This document shows, piece by piece, positions 51,830-64,000 of a DNA stretch of 64,000 nt. Numbering within the stretch: the stretch's first letter is position 1; every line of letters begins with the position of its first letter. Position numbers and translations under genes: made by a program. Source of the stretch: Phoronis australis. Lineage: Eukaryota; Animalia; Phoronida. The notes beneath the pieces were generated by a model. The model was not told the origin of the DNA. It saw nothing but the letters and a program-made list of their open reading frames with translations, and searched no databases. The DNA lies in the NCBI GenBank assembly GCA_002633005.1, contig NMRA01000592.1, positions 10,855-74,854 of the forward strand, in the 5' to 3' direction.

Positions 51830-53359
51830 TGAAAGATGTGTTTTGTGGTCATGCACCCCAACCGTCAGTTGTAATGCAAAAGCAAGAGACAATTAGGTCA
51901 TTTGGGAATGATCAATGTGATCGCAGTCTAGTGTATCTTTAGTTCTGGTAAGTTGTTATGGTCATCACTTTGGTGACAGCAACTACATTGAAAAATTAGC
52001 TATGTGATTTATACCAGCAGGTCAATGATTTCGTGTTCGTTCCATGCCATTAAATGTCTTTGCTTGTTTCATTTACATTTACAGTTAATGCTACTATTTC
52101 TCTTCTTTTTCAAAAGTAAAATCAAAATCAAGCAAGTTTATTATTTATTGCTGTGTACTGCACCAGGACATACCTGTATAGTACCATAGGTATCATATGA
52201 CTATTCAAGTGACCAGTGATTTATATCTCATTATCTGGAGTTTGACATGGATAACTTTAACAGATTACTTTTTAATGTACCACCTTCTGACATTCCCAAA
52301 GATACAATATTGCAAAAACTGTTGTATTGATGCTAATTTAGAGTCAGACAACAATTGAAACTTTATTGTGCATGTCATTTTTTATTTGAAACATGAAGCA
52401 CGAAATTAAATGATTTTCCATGTTCAAGTTTTGTACCACAGCTACCATCAATCAAAGTTTTGAAAAACTGTGAGTATTCAACAATCTTAGAATTCCTTGA
52501 AAAATGGAAAAAAACATTTTTGGTAATTATTTTTGTCCGAAATTGGTGACATTTTCCTGTTCAACTTAGGATGATGTTAATGTTGATTCTTCCTATGCAG
52601 TTTCACATGGGAACAACTAGCACATTCTTGTTCCGTCAGATGACAACTTTTAATGTTTTTTTGCCAAGTGCCTAGGTGGGGTGCATGTTACGACCATTTT
52701 GTCGCTGTTAAATAGCTTCACGTCTGTCTTGCGTCTTGTAAAGAAATTTATACGACATGAGTAAATGCCATGTAACCAGCAAATCTACCCTAATGCTGTA
52801 AAATTGATTGGAATGACTTTTTTCTATATTTTATGACTGCCAAATGTAAGGCGAGCTACTATAAAATGAACAAAAATATACCAAAGTAGCAGTAATCTCC
52901 CTAAAGTCACAATCTAAGAGACGGATGCATTTAGAGTGCCAAAACCCCCCAGTGTCTGGAGGTTACCTGAATTTCAAGTTGGCTTTCAATTTCCGGCTTG
53001 CTTGTAGAGAAGGTTTGAGAAAAACCAGTGGTGAGTAATATTGAGTCAAAGAGTGAACAACTTAAACATTCTTTCTGGCAATAAGACTAAAAAAATCGCG
53101 CAAATTCCATTGGTGGTCTTTAGGCACAGTACAAATCACAGAATGCTGAGCCAATATTTCAGTTGCCATTTGTTGGCTTATAACTGGTAGAGGTAAATTC
53201 AACCATGGCTAAATTAATCTTAGCTTGGAAAGAGTTGTTGACTGCCACCTCAGAGATTTTTGTTTGCTTATGTCAAGTGTTATGTGTTAACTCTGTAAGT
53301 ACTTGTTTGACCCATTTTTACCAACATCCATAACTTGTGCAAACTCACCACTCCTTACT

Positions 53360-55172
53360 TTAATTACTTGGCGGAATTCTTCGAATTCCGTCAAGTATGT
53401 TGGTCTGACAGCAAGTTTTTTTTTTTTTTTTTTTGTTTGTTCGCACTCTACAGGTCGCAATTTTGGTCCGATTTTCACGAAATTTGCACACAACATGTAG
53501 ATCGGAAGGTCCTAGAAGCCTATTGTTTTTGGTCACGATCAGATACAAAATGGCGGACGTGGCGGCCATTTTGTATCCGATTTCATAGTCAAAAACTCGT
53601 AGAGGCCGCATTTTTCGACTTACATAGCTGAAAATCGGTACGAATATACTAAGACGCATGTGCTACAATTGTGCAGAAAATCGTTGACTTCCGGTTAAAG
53701 ATGGCGGAAATATTGGACTTGGCGCATGCGCACCCCGAAATAGGGCTAAAAACGTTTTCTGCTGTAGAGGGCGCAATTGCAAACCAATCACTTTCATACT
53801 GGTCACGTGTTTGTTGAGTTTAATAAGCTTTTATAAAAAATTGTTGAACCGGAAGTCACCTTCAAGATGGCGGCTGTGGGGCATGTTCACACGGTTTCAA
53901 TCGCTCTGCTGTCGCATTTTTTATGGGAAGAGCAAATGACGTGAATTTTTGCATGTGGATTCCTTGAAGTATGGCCTTTCAAAAAGTCTGCGAGAGCGTA
54001 TTTCTCAGACTTACCGTTTTCGAGTTATTTGACTTTGAATTTCAAAAAAAACCGGCAAATTTTCAATTTTCTCGAAAAATTTTTGGATTTTTGCCAAACT
54101 ATCACATTAGATAGAGATTTGAACGGGCTTTCAGAGGATACTTTCCATTTTGCGCTACGACGTCTACTTTTTGAATTATTCGAGATTTTCGGATACCGTT
54201 GTCCCTATGCAACGCGCAGGTGGCTGGCTTTCAGTTCACTTTGTTTTGGTTATGCCTAGTTGACCCAGACTGACCCAGCCAGCACTGTCCTACTTTAAAG
54301 CATGGCTCGTCCGTCACGTTGCGCCATCTATTGTTCTTTATTGTAGTTGATTGTGTGCTCTCTATTTGATTTTTTGCTAGTCACATGAATGTTATCGTGT
54401 TTGACAAACTACCACTTTAGATAGAGTTTTGAACGGGCTTTCAGATGATAATTTTCATTTTGCGCTACGACGTCTACTTTTTGAATTATTTGAGATTTTC
54501 GGATACCGTTGTCCTTCGGTCACAGCCAGCTGGCTGGCTTTCAGTTCACTTTGTTTTGATTATGCCTAGTTGACCCAGACTGACCCAGCCAGCACTGTTC
54601 TACTGTAGACTGGACCGTCATGTGGCGCCATCTATCGTTCTTTATTGTAGTTGATTGTATGCTCTCTATTTGATTTCGTCGCTAGTCACATGAACGTTAT
54701 CGTGTTTGCCAAACTACCATTTTAGATAGAGTTTTGAACGGGCTTTCAGATGATAATTTCCATTTTGCGCTACGACGTCTACTTTTTGAATTATTCGAGA
54801 TTTTCGGATACCGTTGGTCCTTCGGTCACGTATGCACTCAGCTGGCTGGCTTTCAGTTCACTTTGTTTTGTTTATGTCTGCACAAGTTAACAGAGAGTTT
54901 TGACCCCGACTGACCCAGGTAGCACTGTCGTACTGTAGACTGGAATTCCAGGCGAAATACTATTGTAAACATAACTTTGCTCTGCAGACTGTCACATAGT
55001 GCCACCTATTTTGGATTGCGGGAACAAAGCATGGCTCGTCCGTCATGTTGCGCTATCTTTTATTGTAGTTGATTGTCTGCTCTCTATTTGATTTCTTCGC
55101 TAGGCACATGAATGTTATCGTGTTATCGTCTTATTCATAATTGCCGCCGTGATCGTCTTGTTATTACTTGTT
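53360..55172 (+). mobile_element. DINE-1/Helentron-type element, family B, with about 305-310-bp internal tandem repeats
   Basis: 5' hairpin and poly-T head homologous to 43831; three internal units starting near 54100, 54410 and 54715; ends acttgtt. Confidence 0.78.
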
Positions 55173-57667
55173 GAAAGCATCATTACTAGATACAGCTGGG
55201 GTTGGGTGGCCCCAGCTACATTTATGAAATACCGTATCTTTACAACTTACTAAAGAACAATACGTCATACATATAGAACAAATAAGTATCTAGAAAATAA
55301 CTAATGAAATAATGATTGGGTGGATAATTAGTAGATTATTGTAAAAAGAAGGGGCAGAGGGGGAGGGGAGGACTTTCATACACTCATTCACACTCACATT
55401 CACTCGGTTTAATTAATATATGTTTACATTTGTATAGGTGTATGTTTTTGAAAAAATCAGTTTTCTTATGATACAACATAGAAATGGTTATAAAAGTAAC
55501 ACCATTTACTGTTTGAATCATTTTAAAGAGATGCCTGCAAAACCCTCCACTGTTCTGAAGTTTTATCCGCGGCATTAAACACAATAAGATTCACTGCGTC
55601 AAAAAGTATAAATTTGAACTTATTAAGACAAGATTGAGACCCATCTCTCGATGATGTATAAATATAATGTTGAGCATGAGTGTATGTGGTACTAAAGATT
55701 TCGCTTAGATTGCTAATGAAGCAAACTAAAAAGTGGTACATGGATGGTTCAGCGTGTAAGTAAAAAAAATTTACTTATGAAATGATGTAAAGAATTGCAG
55801 TCCTTTTATTTTGATTAACCAGTACTGCTAATGAAAATACATCCCTTTTTGGTCATGTAGATTAAGCAGAAACCATTTGACCACTTGCTAATTAAGACTG
55901 GAAACATTCGTGTGAACACTTGCTAAGACGGGAAATGTTCATGTTAAAACTTATTTCATTGTAGACACGACATTGTTCTGTTTTTATGAGTTTAATTTCA
56001 GTTCTTTCAAACTCTCTAAATAGAGATCTTGTATTTACATCTCAACTGTTCAATAAAAATTCAATCGACGAGAAAGATTACTGCCAAATTATAGTAAAAA
56101 CTTATGTAAAAACTTACTAATTAAGACTGGAAACCTTCGTGTAAACACTTGCTTTAGTAAGATGGGAATGCTCATGTAAACACTAACGCGAAGATCTTTT
56201 TTTGGCATCACCAAGTGGATTTCAGGAATGGGGTTGTTAGGGGTTTTGGTTGTCCAGGTGTTCTTGGTTTCTTCATTCACCTCACTTAGTTTAAAGTTTT
56301 CATTCAATTTTGGGAAGTGTCGCTCCAGGAAATACCTTTATCTTGTGCCCCCTTATCTTTTATGAAGAATTGAAAAGTTGCCCACCACATTGTATGGTGA
56401 TTTTGTATATCTTGTACACCAAAGTATGGTAGAAACTTTAGCTGTTATCCTTAAAAATTCATTCTTATGATAATTATAGTGAAAAAATTGCACCTTGAGT
56501 TGAAATTGGAGAAAATGCAGTTTTTATTAGCGACATCCATACACAAAATAAGAGTTACTGTTTTTCTGGCATGAGAATTGTGTTGAAAATAAGATGACGA
56601 CTGTACAACATTATCAAGACAATGGCACTACTTACTTTACGAAATCAAAGTTTGCTATCTTATTTAGCTCAAGACATTAACTAATGCACTCTTCACCTTG
56701 TACACATATCAAGGAGTCCTTGTTTCACTGCATAATGTCATTGATTGTGATAAGCTCCACATAAGACTGGTGGTCATATAGAATCTGTCCAGTGTACTTG
56801 TCTGCTGACATGCATAGCTGACCCTTTGTCATTTTGCTAGGATCCCATTGATTCATCAATTCTATATTGAAAGTTCATTGACTAGTTCATTGTGTAACAT
56901 TCAGTCTCTTCTGTTGGTCCACATGACAAGATTAATGTTAAGTGGAATCCTTATTAATCTATAGTAAATGAGGATTTTTTTGTCAATCAGCTGTCTCCTT
57001 TTTTAATTATTTGCTTTATTTCCTAGCCACAGTCAATATGGCTTCGACAGGCTCGGCCATGCTGGCCCCCCGTACTGGTTCTAAAATACAGGACCATTAT
57101 ATTATTGACTGCTCCCATGCTAACATGAAAATTTGTGACAACTTAAATTATGTGATTTAATGTCTCATGAAACATGCAAGAGGTAAAAATAAATGAAAGC
57201 ACTCTGAGGAGCGACACTTGGTGAAGTCAAATAAAAATTTAAGGGTGAGATAAACCACGAAACCAAGAACATGAACAACCATGACCCCGATTTTTATTAC
57301 ACCAACATACTAGATAGCGGCCATGAGGAGATGTAATTCCGTACCAAGTTTGAAAAGGTGAGGTCAAAGGATTGCAGCTGGTGCTTCAGCTCTACAAACA
57401 TTGAAAACGTTTCATTATACCAATTAATGATAACTTCACACATAGATCCACTAATTGCCTTGTTGATTGGTCCTCGCAAACCTCAGCTTTAGTAAGCCAA
57501 TAACAGATCACTCAGAGATCTACCGACCCATTTTTGCTTTCACCTGAATCTCCATGGACTTTTGTAGAACCCTGCTTTCCTGCCACAGTCCAGCTAGCTA
57601 TTCTGAAGCACTATGTTTTCGTTGAGTCGTCGGTGCACCAGGGGGTGCATCAGTTGATACATATCTA

Positions 57668-57775
57668 ATAGAATGGTAAAGTGTCTTAAGAGTGCTGATA
57701 TGAAGGAATTTACTTACACGTTTAAGTACGCCAATTTTCTTTGACAATTTCTTTGTGATGTGACGTACTTTAGTA
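57668..57775 (-). mobile_element. CR1/L2-type LINE ORF2 fragment (post-RT region)
   Basis: HITKKLSKKIGVLKRVSKFLHISTLKTLYHSI matches the typical H---K--K--G-L-R------L--LY pattern. Confidence 0.65.
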
Positions 57776-58510
57776 GAAATGATTACAAAAGCAATATTAG
57801 CACATAGACCAGAACGTGATACAAACACAATTTGATTTCACACTTCAATGTCAAAGTATCATGGATGATTTTGAGATCGTCGTCGACGCCTTTGAACTGA
57901 ATAGACACGACTGTATCTGAAAAGGTGTCAGTATTGCCATCTATACCAAAGGACCGACTAGCTCACAACTCCATGACGACCATGTGGAATCACCCTGGGT
58001 TGAGATTGGCATCCCTAAATGGAAAAACTTAATTACTAAAGTCGCATATTCGCCTTGTTTAGCCGACTGTAAACAAAAACTGAATTAAGCCTTTCATGTA
58101 CTCTTGAAAAATAGATCTCATAATTCTTTACCATAATAGGACTCTATTTCCGTTACACACAAAACGTCATCTACTGAAAAAAATCACTTAAAAAATTTCT
58201 TTGTTTAAGCCATACCTAAAATTGCAAATTCGAAAATGACACAGTTGGTAAGCTAAGGAAACGGGATCCTATCAGAGTAAGGAATATTGAGAAATTGATT
58301 TTATAGGAGTAAACATTCGAATTCATTTTTAGCCAGTTGCTATGGTGATATCATGGACTTTGTATACTATTCCAGCAACAGGCCTTTATTTCACACAGTC
58401 CAGTATTTAGTAGCCATGTTCCAAAAACAGAGATATTTCATCACTGATAGATTGATCAGGATACCGGGTAGTTGTTAGTTGTGACGCCACTGTCTTTTGT
58501 TTGTTGACAG

Positions 58511-58645
58511 GTGCGTTTCTTATTCCTTACTTCATCATGTTGGTTCTGTGTGGAATCCCTCTACTCTATATGGAACTGGCTGTGGGCCAGTACACCAGGC
58601 AGGGGCCCATTGGAGCACTGGCTAGAATATGTCCACTCTTCAAGG
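58511..58645 (+). CDS. ine: SLC6 inebriated-like coding exon 2 ([46 protein letters not shown]); gene continues beyond the window
   Basis: 135 nt, phase 1/1, ttgacag acceptor and gtaagt donor; TM2 motif; GPIGAL--CPLFKG recalled as typical of the ine group. Confidence 0.93.
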
Positions 58646-58932
58646 GTAAGTCTTTTAGGATCAGGGATGTATACAGATGTACACCAGAGTGTTACACGTA
58701 CATATACCTTAGTTTTCACGTACCTGTTCATGTATCTATACAGCACATACCTGTTCACCTACTGGTCCATGTGGAGGCATAGCTGTAGACGTACATATTC
58801 TGGTACCTGTTCACATACCTGTACAATCTACCTGACTGTACACGTACCAGTGTGCACATACTTGTACACACTGGTTTACAAAACTTCTCTTTTTAGTTAT
58901 AAGCTATTCTAAAAACTTGCTTGTTGGTTATA

Positions 58933-59133
58933 CTGGAATGCCTTACATGAATATCTAGACACAGGTCACATATTAGTGTGTGGGCCTCGTGTATGTAACT
59001 GGAATGCCTTACATGAATATCTAGACACAGGTCACATATTAGTGTGTGGGCCTCGTGTATGTAACTGGAATGCCTTACATGAATATCTAGACACAGGTCA
59101 CATATTAGTGTGTGGGCCTCGTGTATGTAACTG
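58933..59133. repeat. 66-bp tandem repeat x3, identical units
   Basis: Units start at 58933, 58999 and 59065. Confidence 0.95.
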
Positions 59134-62100
59134 CTTCATCAGGTTTTGAATTTTGCGCAAATTAAGGAACTTTTCTTGTATACTCTTTGAAACAAGAAGG
59201 ACGCTGTTTGCAATTGCGTGATGATGTTTTTTTTTTCTAAAAAACAGAATTTTTTATGAAGAATGTTGAATTTTTCACAAACAATATTATTTGGTGTGAA
59301 AATTTTGTTTCATTGTGTCATAAGTTACAAAAATGTGTCTGAAATTTTCTTTGAAGGTCTTTGCCCTAAAAAATGAAGACATCAACATTCCATAAATATA
59401 CTGAAGTCTTGACATTTGACCCCAGAGCTCTTGGGTTTAAACTTTAAGCCTTATAAGAAAACCTCAGTTGAGAAAAGCTTGTGTAGTTAATAGGATTAAG
59501 ATTTTGCAAGTTCTTTGAGAAAAAACTCATGTTTGCAAATTTCAGTGACAAATCAAATTATTTCAGGAAAACGCAGTGAGCATCTGGGACATGTTTTGTG
59601 AAAGTGACAGAAACTTGGTCTTACACTCAGACTTCATAATTGCTGAAAAAAGGTTTAGCGAAGTAATTTATAGAAATTATCACAGGATGTAACAGTAGAG
59701 TAACCGGTGTCTATTGCACTTTGCATGCACGCACCCAGCCTTTGATATGGGGGGGGCTCGAATTCCTGACGTTGTGGACCATTTGCTAAATTGTTTACTT
59801 AATGCCAAGTCATGAGTTTTCGTGGAACAGAATCAGAGCAAACAATTTTGCTTGAGGTTATAGCTCCTTTATTATTGTACTTTGAACACCGTATACGGCT
59901 TTGTTGTCTTGGTTTCACTTAAAAGTTTTAGCGAGAAACCTGAAGTAGAAAATATTGTTGAAATCTTTCACTGTATGGTTGTCAGGGGGCTTAAAGCTGA
60001 TAATATTCTAGGATACAGAATCTGATGGAGGAGTGAGGTGTGGGGAAGATGGTATTTTGATGTGGTGTGTGTTATCATGTGCAATTATACATTATGCAAT
60101 TTTTTGTTTACTTTGATGTGAAGAAATCATGTTATCATGTTGTTACTATGTATGCAGGCCAAGCTATAGGAGTTCAAAGATTATCTGAAGTTCATTATTG
60201 TGGCGGCAAACAGGGCTTTATCCAGGATTTCGAAAATAGGGTGTCCAAAATGGGGTTCCCAATATTCCAGGATGTCTATGATTCCAACAGCGCGTTACCC
60301 CCACCCCCCCACCACCATTCACCAGTAATCCCCCACGCACCACAGTGAGGTTTTTACAAAAAATGTGTTTACCAAGGCTTTTACATCTAAGTTTAGAAAA
60401 ACAGATCCCCTGTAGTAACTTTTTAACTAAAAACGGTGGGTGGACCAAAACTTCGTCTAAATTTACGAAAACTGCCAAGTAGCTTACCAAACAAATATTA
60501 CAGATATTGGTTGAATAATGATTGCACTATGTTTTTGGTGATCTCAGTCAAATTGCAGGTGTCCCTGCTTCTCCATATTAAAACATTAAAACACACATTG
60601 AAAAACAGGAAACTGGTGCAAACTCAAAAATTTTAAATAGGTATATTCTTGTAGCACAATATAGTATTAAACTAATGACATTTATTTTGCTTTTGGTGTT
60701 TTTAAAAAAAGATGTAGAACATGAAACTACACCTCTGAAAAAACACTTTTGAGGTAACCAAGGTCCATGCCCCTGTATTATCCTACTGAATTTTTATTTG
60801 AGACAGACCTCAGAAAGCAGTGACTGCAATGGAAGACCTACTAATGATTGACATGTCTTCTCAATTTAGTTAGAACATTGTGTAACATTTTACATACATT
60901 GTATATTTCTTTCTGAGTTGAAAGGGCCAACGCTTCTCTCTTGAACTATCACCTAAATTTCATTAACTGGGAGTCCTTGTCATCTTACAATGTAGGTGTG
61001 GGAACTGGAGAAATTCTGATTGACAGTGGGCGTCCAAATGATACATTGGGCGTCCTTGCCAGGGTGTCCAGATTAGTGTTAGGGCATCCAAATGGACGCC
61101 CAGGACATACGCTGGATGATTCGGCCTGGCAGCAAATGAGCTGCAGTGATTCTGAAGTTTTATCTTCGCGTAGTTTTGTCTTTGTAACCGGCCTTTGACA
61201 TAGGGAAAATTTCCTGGTCAGAATTTTGAATTTCAGGTCACAGCCAGGAAATCTATGCATTTTGAAAAGAAAATTTGTTTGATTTAGGACACTGGTGAAA
61301 AACTTTAGTTCTTTACCAAGGCCATAGCTTGAACTAAATTTTAGAAATTGGCAATGCTGGCTTTCCCATATTCAACAATTACCAGAAAAGTGGCAAAGTA
61401 ACTGTCTGGAATTCCAATTGGGGGGAAATGCACAGGCTACCCATAAATTTTATGGTTATATAACAGGTCACCAATCACAAACATTCCCACTTTTTGTGCA
61501 TGGGTGATTTGGTACCACAAATAAACACTCCTTCCAGACTTATCTGCAACAAAATACTCCTAGAATGAGTTGTCACTTAGGTTCAATGGGGGATGTCTGA
61601 ATGCAAGTCAAACCAGTGCAAGTTATGAATTTAGGTAACTTAATTGTTCTTGGGTAACTTGCACTGCCTCTAATTGCTGTGTGGCCGCAAACATGGCAAA
61701 AGACGAAAATAATTATCAATGGTAGACTTGAAGAGTTTCATAGAGTATGGGTCTTCTTTTTCGCACCGTGTTTTGCATCAGCTGTTCAATAACATTGTGG
61801 AGAGCGACAACGTCTGCCTTTATTGCCCTTAAGTTATCGGAATATATGTGTGTGTGTGGACACACCACTTAAGGTGGGGGGAAGTTACACTTAAGTACAA
61901 GTTGTTCTGAGGGTAAGAGTGTGTGTACTGGACTTGACAAACCCTAACAATCATGTAAACAGGTCAAACACCTTAGGCTTCCAGTCACCCAACAAATTGA
62001 ACAAACATGTAGATCTTGGTTGATTAGCCATTGTTTTAACCACTTATGGTGAACCTTATTGTACCGCTGACAGGCTCAAGGCCGAAACCAATGAGAACTA

Positions 62101-62240
62101 GGATTCCTCTTTAAATCATATAAATGATAGTATATTTTATTCGATCTGTAAACAACAAATTACAAGACATTAGAAACTAATTAATCTAAATAACAATTAC
62201 TTGTCAAACGCTATTTATAATTCCGATATAAACTTTAATN

Positions 62241-64000
62241 CATATTAGTGTGTGGGCCTCGTGTATGTAACTGGAATGCCTTACATGAATATCTAGACAC
62301 AGGTCACATATTAGTGTGTGGGCCTCGTGTATGTAACTGCTACATCAGGTTTTGAATTTTGCGCAAATTAAGGAACTTTCCCTGTATGCTCTTTGAAACA
62401 AGAAGGACGCTGTTTGCAATTGCGTGATGATGTTTTATTTCTAAAAAACAGAATTTTTTATGAAGAATGTTGAATTTTTCACAAACAATATTGTTTGGTG
62501 TGCAAATTTTGTTTCATTGTGTCATTAGTTACAAAAATGTGTCTGAAATTTTCTTTGAAAGTCTTTGCCCTCAAAAATGAAGACATCAACTTTCCATAAA
62601 TATACTGAAGTCTTGACATTTGACCCCAGAGCTCGAGGGTTTAAACTTAAAGCCTTATAAGAAAACCTCAGTTGAGAAAAGCTTATGTAGTTAATAGGGT
62701 TAAGATTTTGCAAGTTCTTTGAGAAAAAACTCATGTTTGCAAATTTCAGTGACAAATCAAATTATTTCATGAAAACGCAGTGAGCATCTAGGACATGTTT
62801 TGTGAAAGTGACAGAAACTTGGTCTTACACTCAGATTTCATAATTGCTGAAAAAAGGTTTAGCGAAGTAATTTATAGAAATTATCACAGGATGTAACAGT
62901 AGAGTAACCGGTGTCTATTGCACTTTGCATGCACGCACCCAGCCTTTGATATGGGGGGGCTCGAATTCCTGAGGTTGTGGACCATTTGCTAAATTGTTTA
63001 CTTAATGCCAAGTCATGAGTTTTCAACCATTTGCTAAATTGTTTACTTAATGCCAAGTCATGAGTTTTCATGGAACAGAATCAGAGCAAACAATTTTGCT
63101 TGACATTATAGCTCGTTTATTATTGTATTTTGAACACTGTATAGGGCTTTGTTGTCTTGGTTTTGCTAAAAGTTTTAGCGAGAAACCTGAAGTAGAAAAT
63201 ATTGTTGAAGTATTTCACTGTATGGTTGTCAGGGGGCTTAAAGCTGATAATATTCTAGGATACAGAATTTGATGGAGGAGTGAGATGTTGGGAAGATGAT
63301 ATTTTGATATGGTGTGTGTTATCATGTGCAATTATATATTATGCAATTTTTTTGTTTACTTTGATGTGAATAAATCATGTTATCATATTGTTACTATGTA
63401 TGCAGACCAAGCTATAGGAGTTCAAAGATTATCTGAAGTTCATTATTGTGGTGGCAAACAGGGCTTTATCTAGGATTTCGAAAATAGGGTGTCCAAAATG
63501 GGATTCCCAATATTCCAGGATGTCCATGATTCCAACAGCGCGTTACCCCCACCCCCCACCACCATTCACCAGTAATCCCCCACACACCACAGTGAGTTTT
63601 TTACAAAAAATGTGTTTACCAAGGCTTTTACATCTAAGTTTAGAAAAACAGCTCCCCTGTAGTAACTTTTTTACTAAAAACAGTAAGTGGACCAAAACTT
63701 CTTCGTCTCCATATTAAAACATTAAAACACACATTGAAAAGCATGAAACTGGCACAAAATCAAAATTTTTAAATAGGTATATTCTTGTAGCACAATATAG
63801 TATTAAACTAATGACATTTATTTTGCTTTTGGTGTTCTTAAAAAAAAGATGTAGAAAAGATGTAGAACATGAAACTACAGCTCTGAAAAAACACTTTGGA
63901 GTTAACCAAGGTTCATGCCCCTATATTATGGTACCAAATTTTTATTTGAGACAGACCTCAGAAAGCAGAGACAGCAATGGAAGACCTACTAATGATTGAC
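62241..64000 (+). repeat. Direct duplicate of 59035-60852
   Basis: Collinear high-identity match starting immediately after a single N at 62240. Confidence 0.95.

Noticed and set aside
58933-59133. CRISPR-like appearance of the short tandem arrays (also 15566, 20250, 21234)
   Set aside because: Units are contiguous with no unique spacers; the context is eukaryotic and there are no cas genes

Overview
Intron-rich, repeat-dense animal genomic DNA from a draft assembly (N gaps at 34278-34291, 44057-44438 and 46415-47027). It is probably a marine invertebrate deuterostome, which is an inference from gene structure and repeat content. Three spliced genes were read by hand: (1) the last four coding exons of Borealin/CDCA8 (+, 1106-4534); (2) a nearly complete Nibrin/NBN gene (-, 15 exons, 32228 to about 7549, about 675 aa, with FHA-BRCT-BRCT domains and the NFKKFKK Mre11 motif); (3) the first two coding exons of an inebriated-like SLC6 transporter (+, 40319-58645, 18-kb first intron). 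Introns and intergenic DNA contain non-autonomous transposons: DINE-1/Helentron-type elements carrying arrays of CTCF-like or YY1/ETS-like motifs, two Kolobok derivatives (one fold-back, one THAP plus KolX), a P-like THAP remnant, 5-bp-TSD hAT-like elements, MITEs and minisatellites. The most unusual signal is an orphan tandem pair of histone-mRNA 3' stem-loops with a downstream element at 47364-47449, with no histone gene nearby. The last 1.76 kb duplicates 59035-60852 and is probably an uncollapsed haplotype. Most ORFs in the supplied track are spurious.
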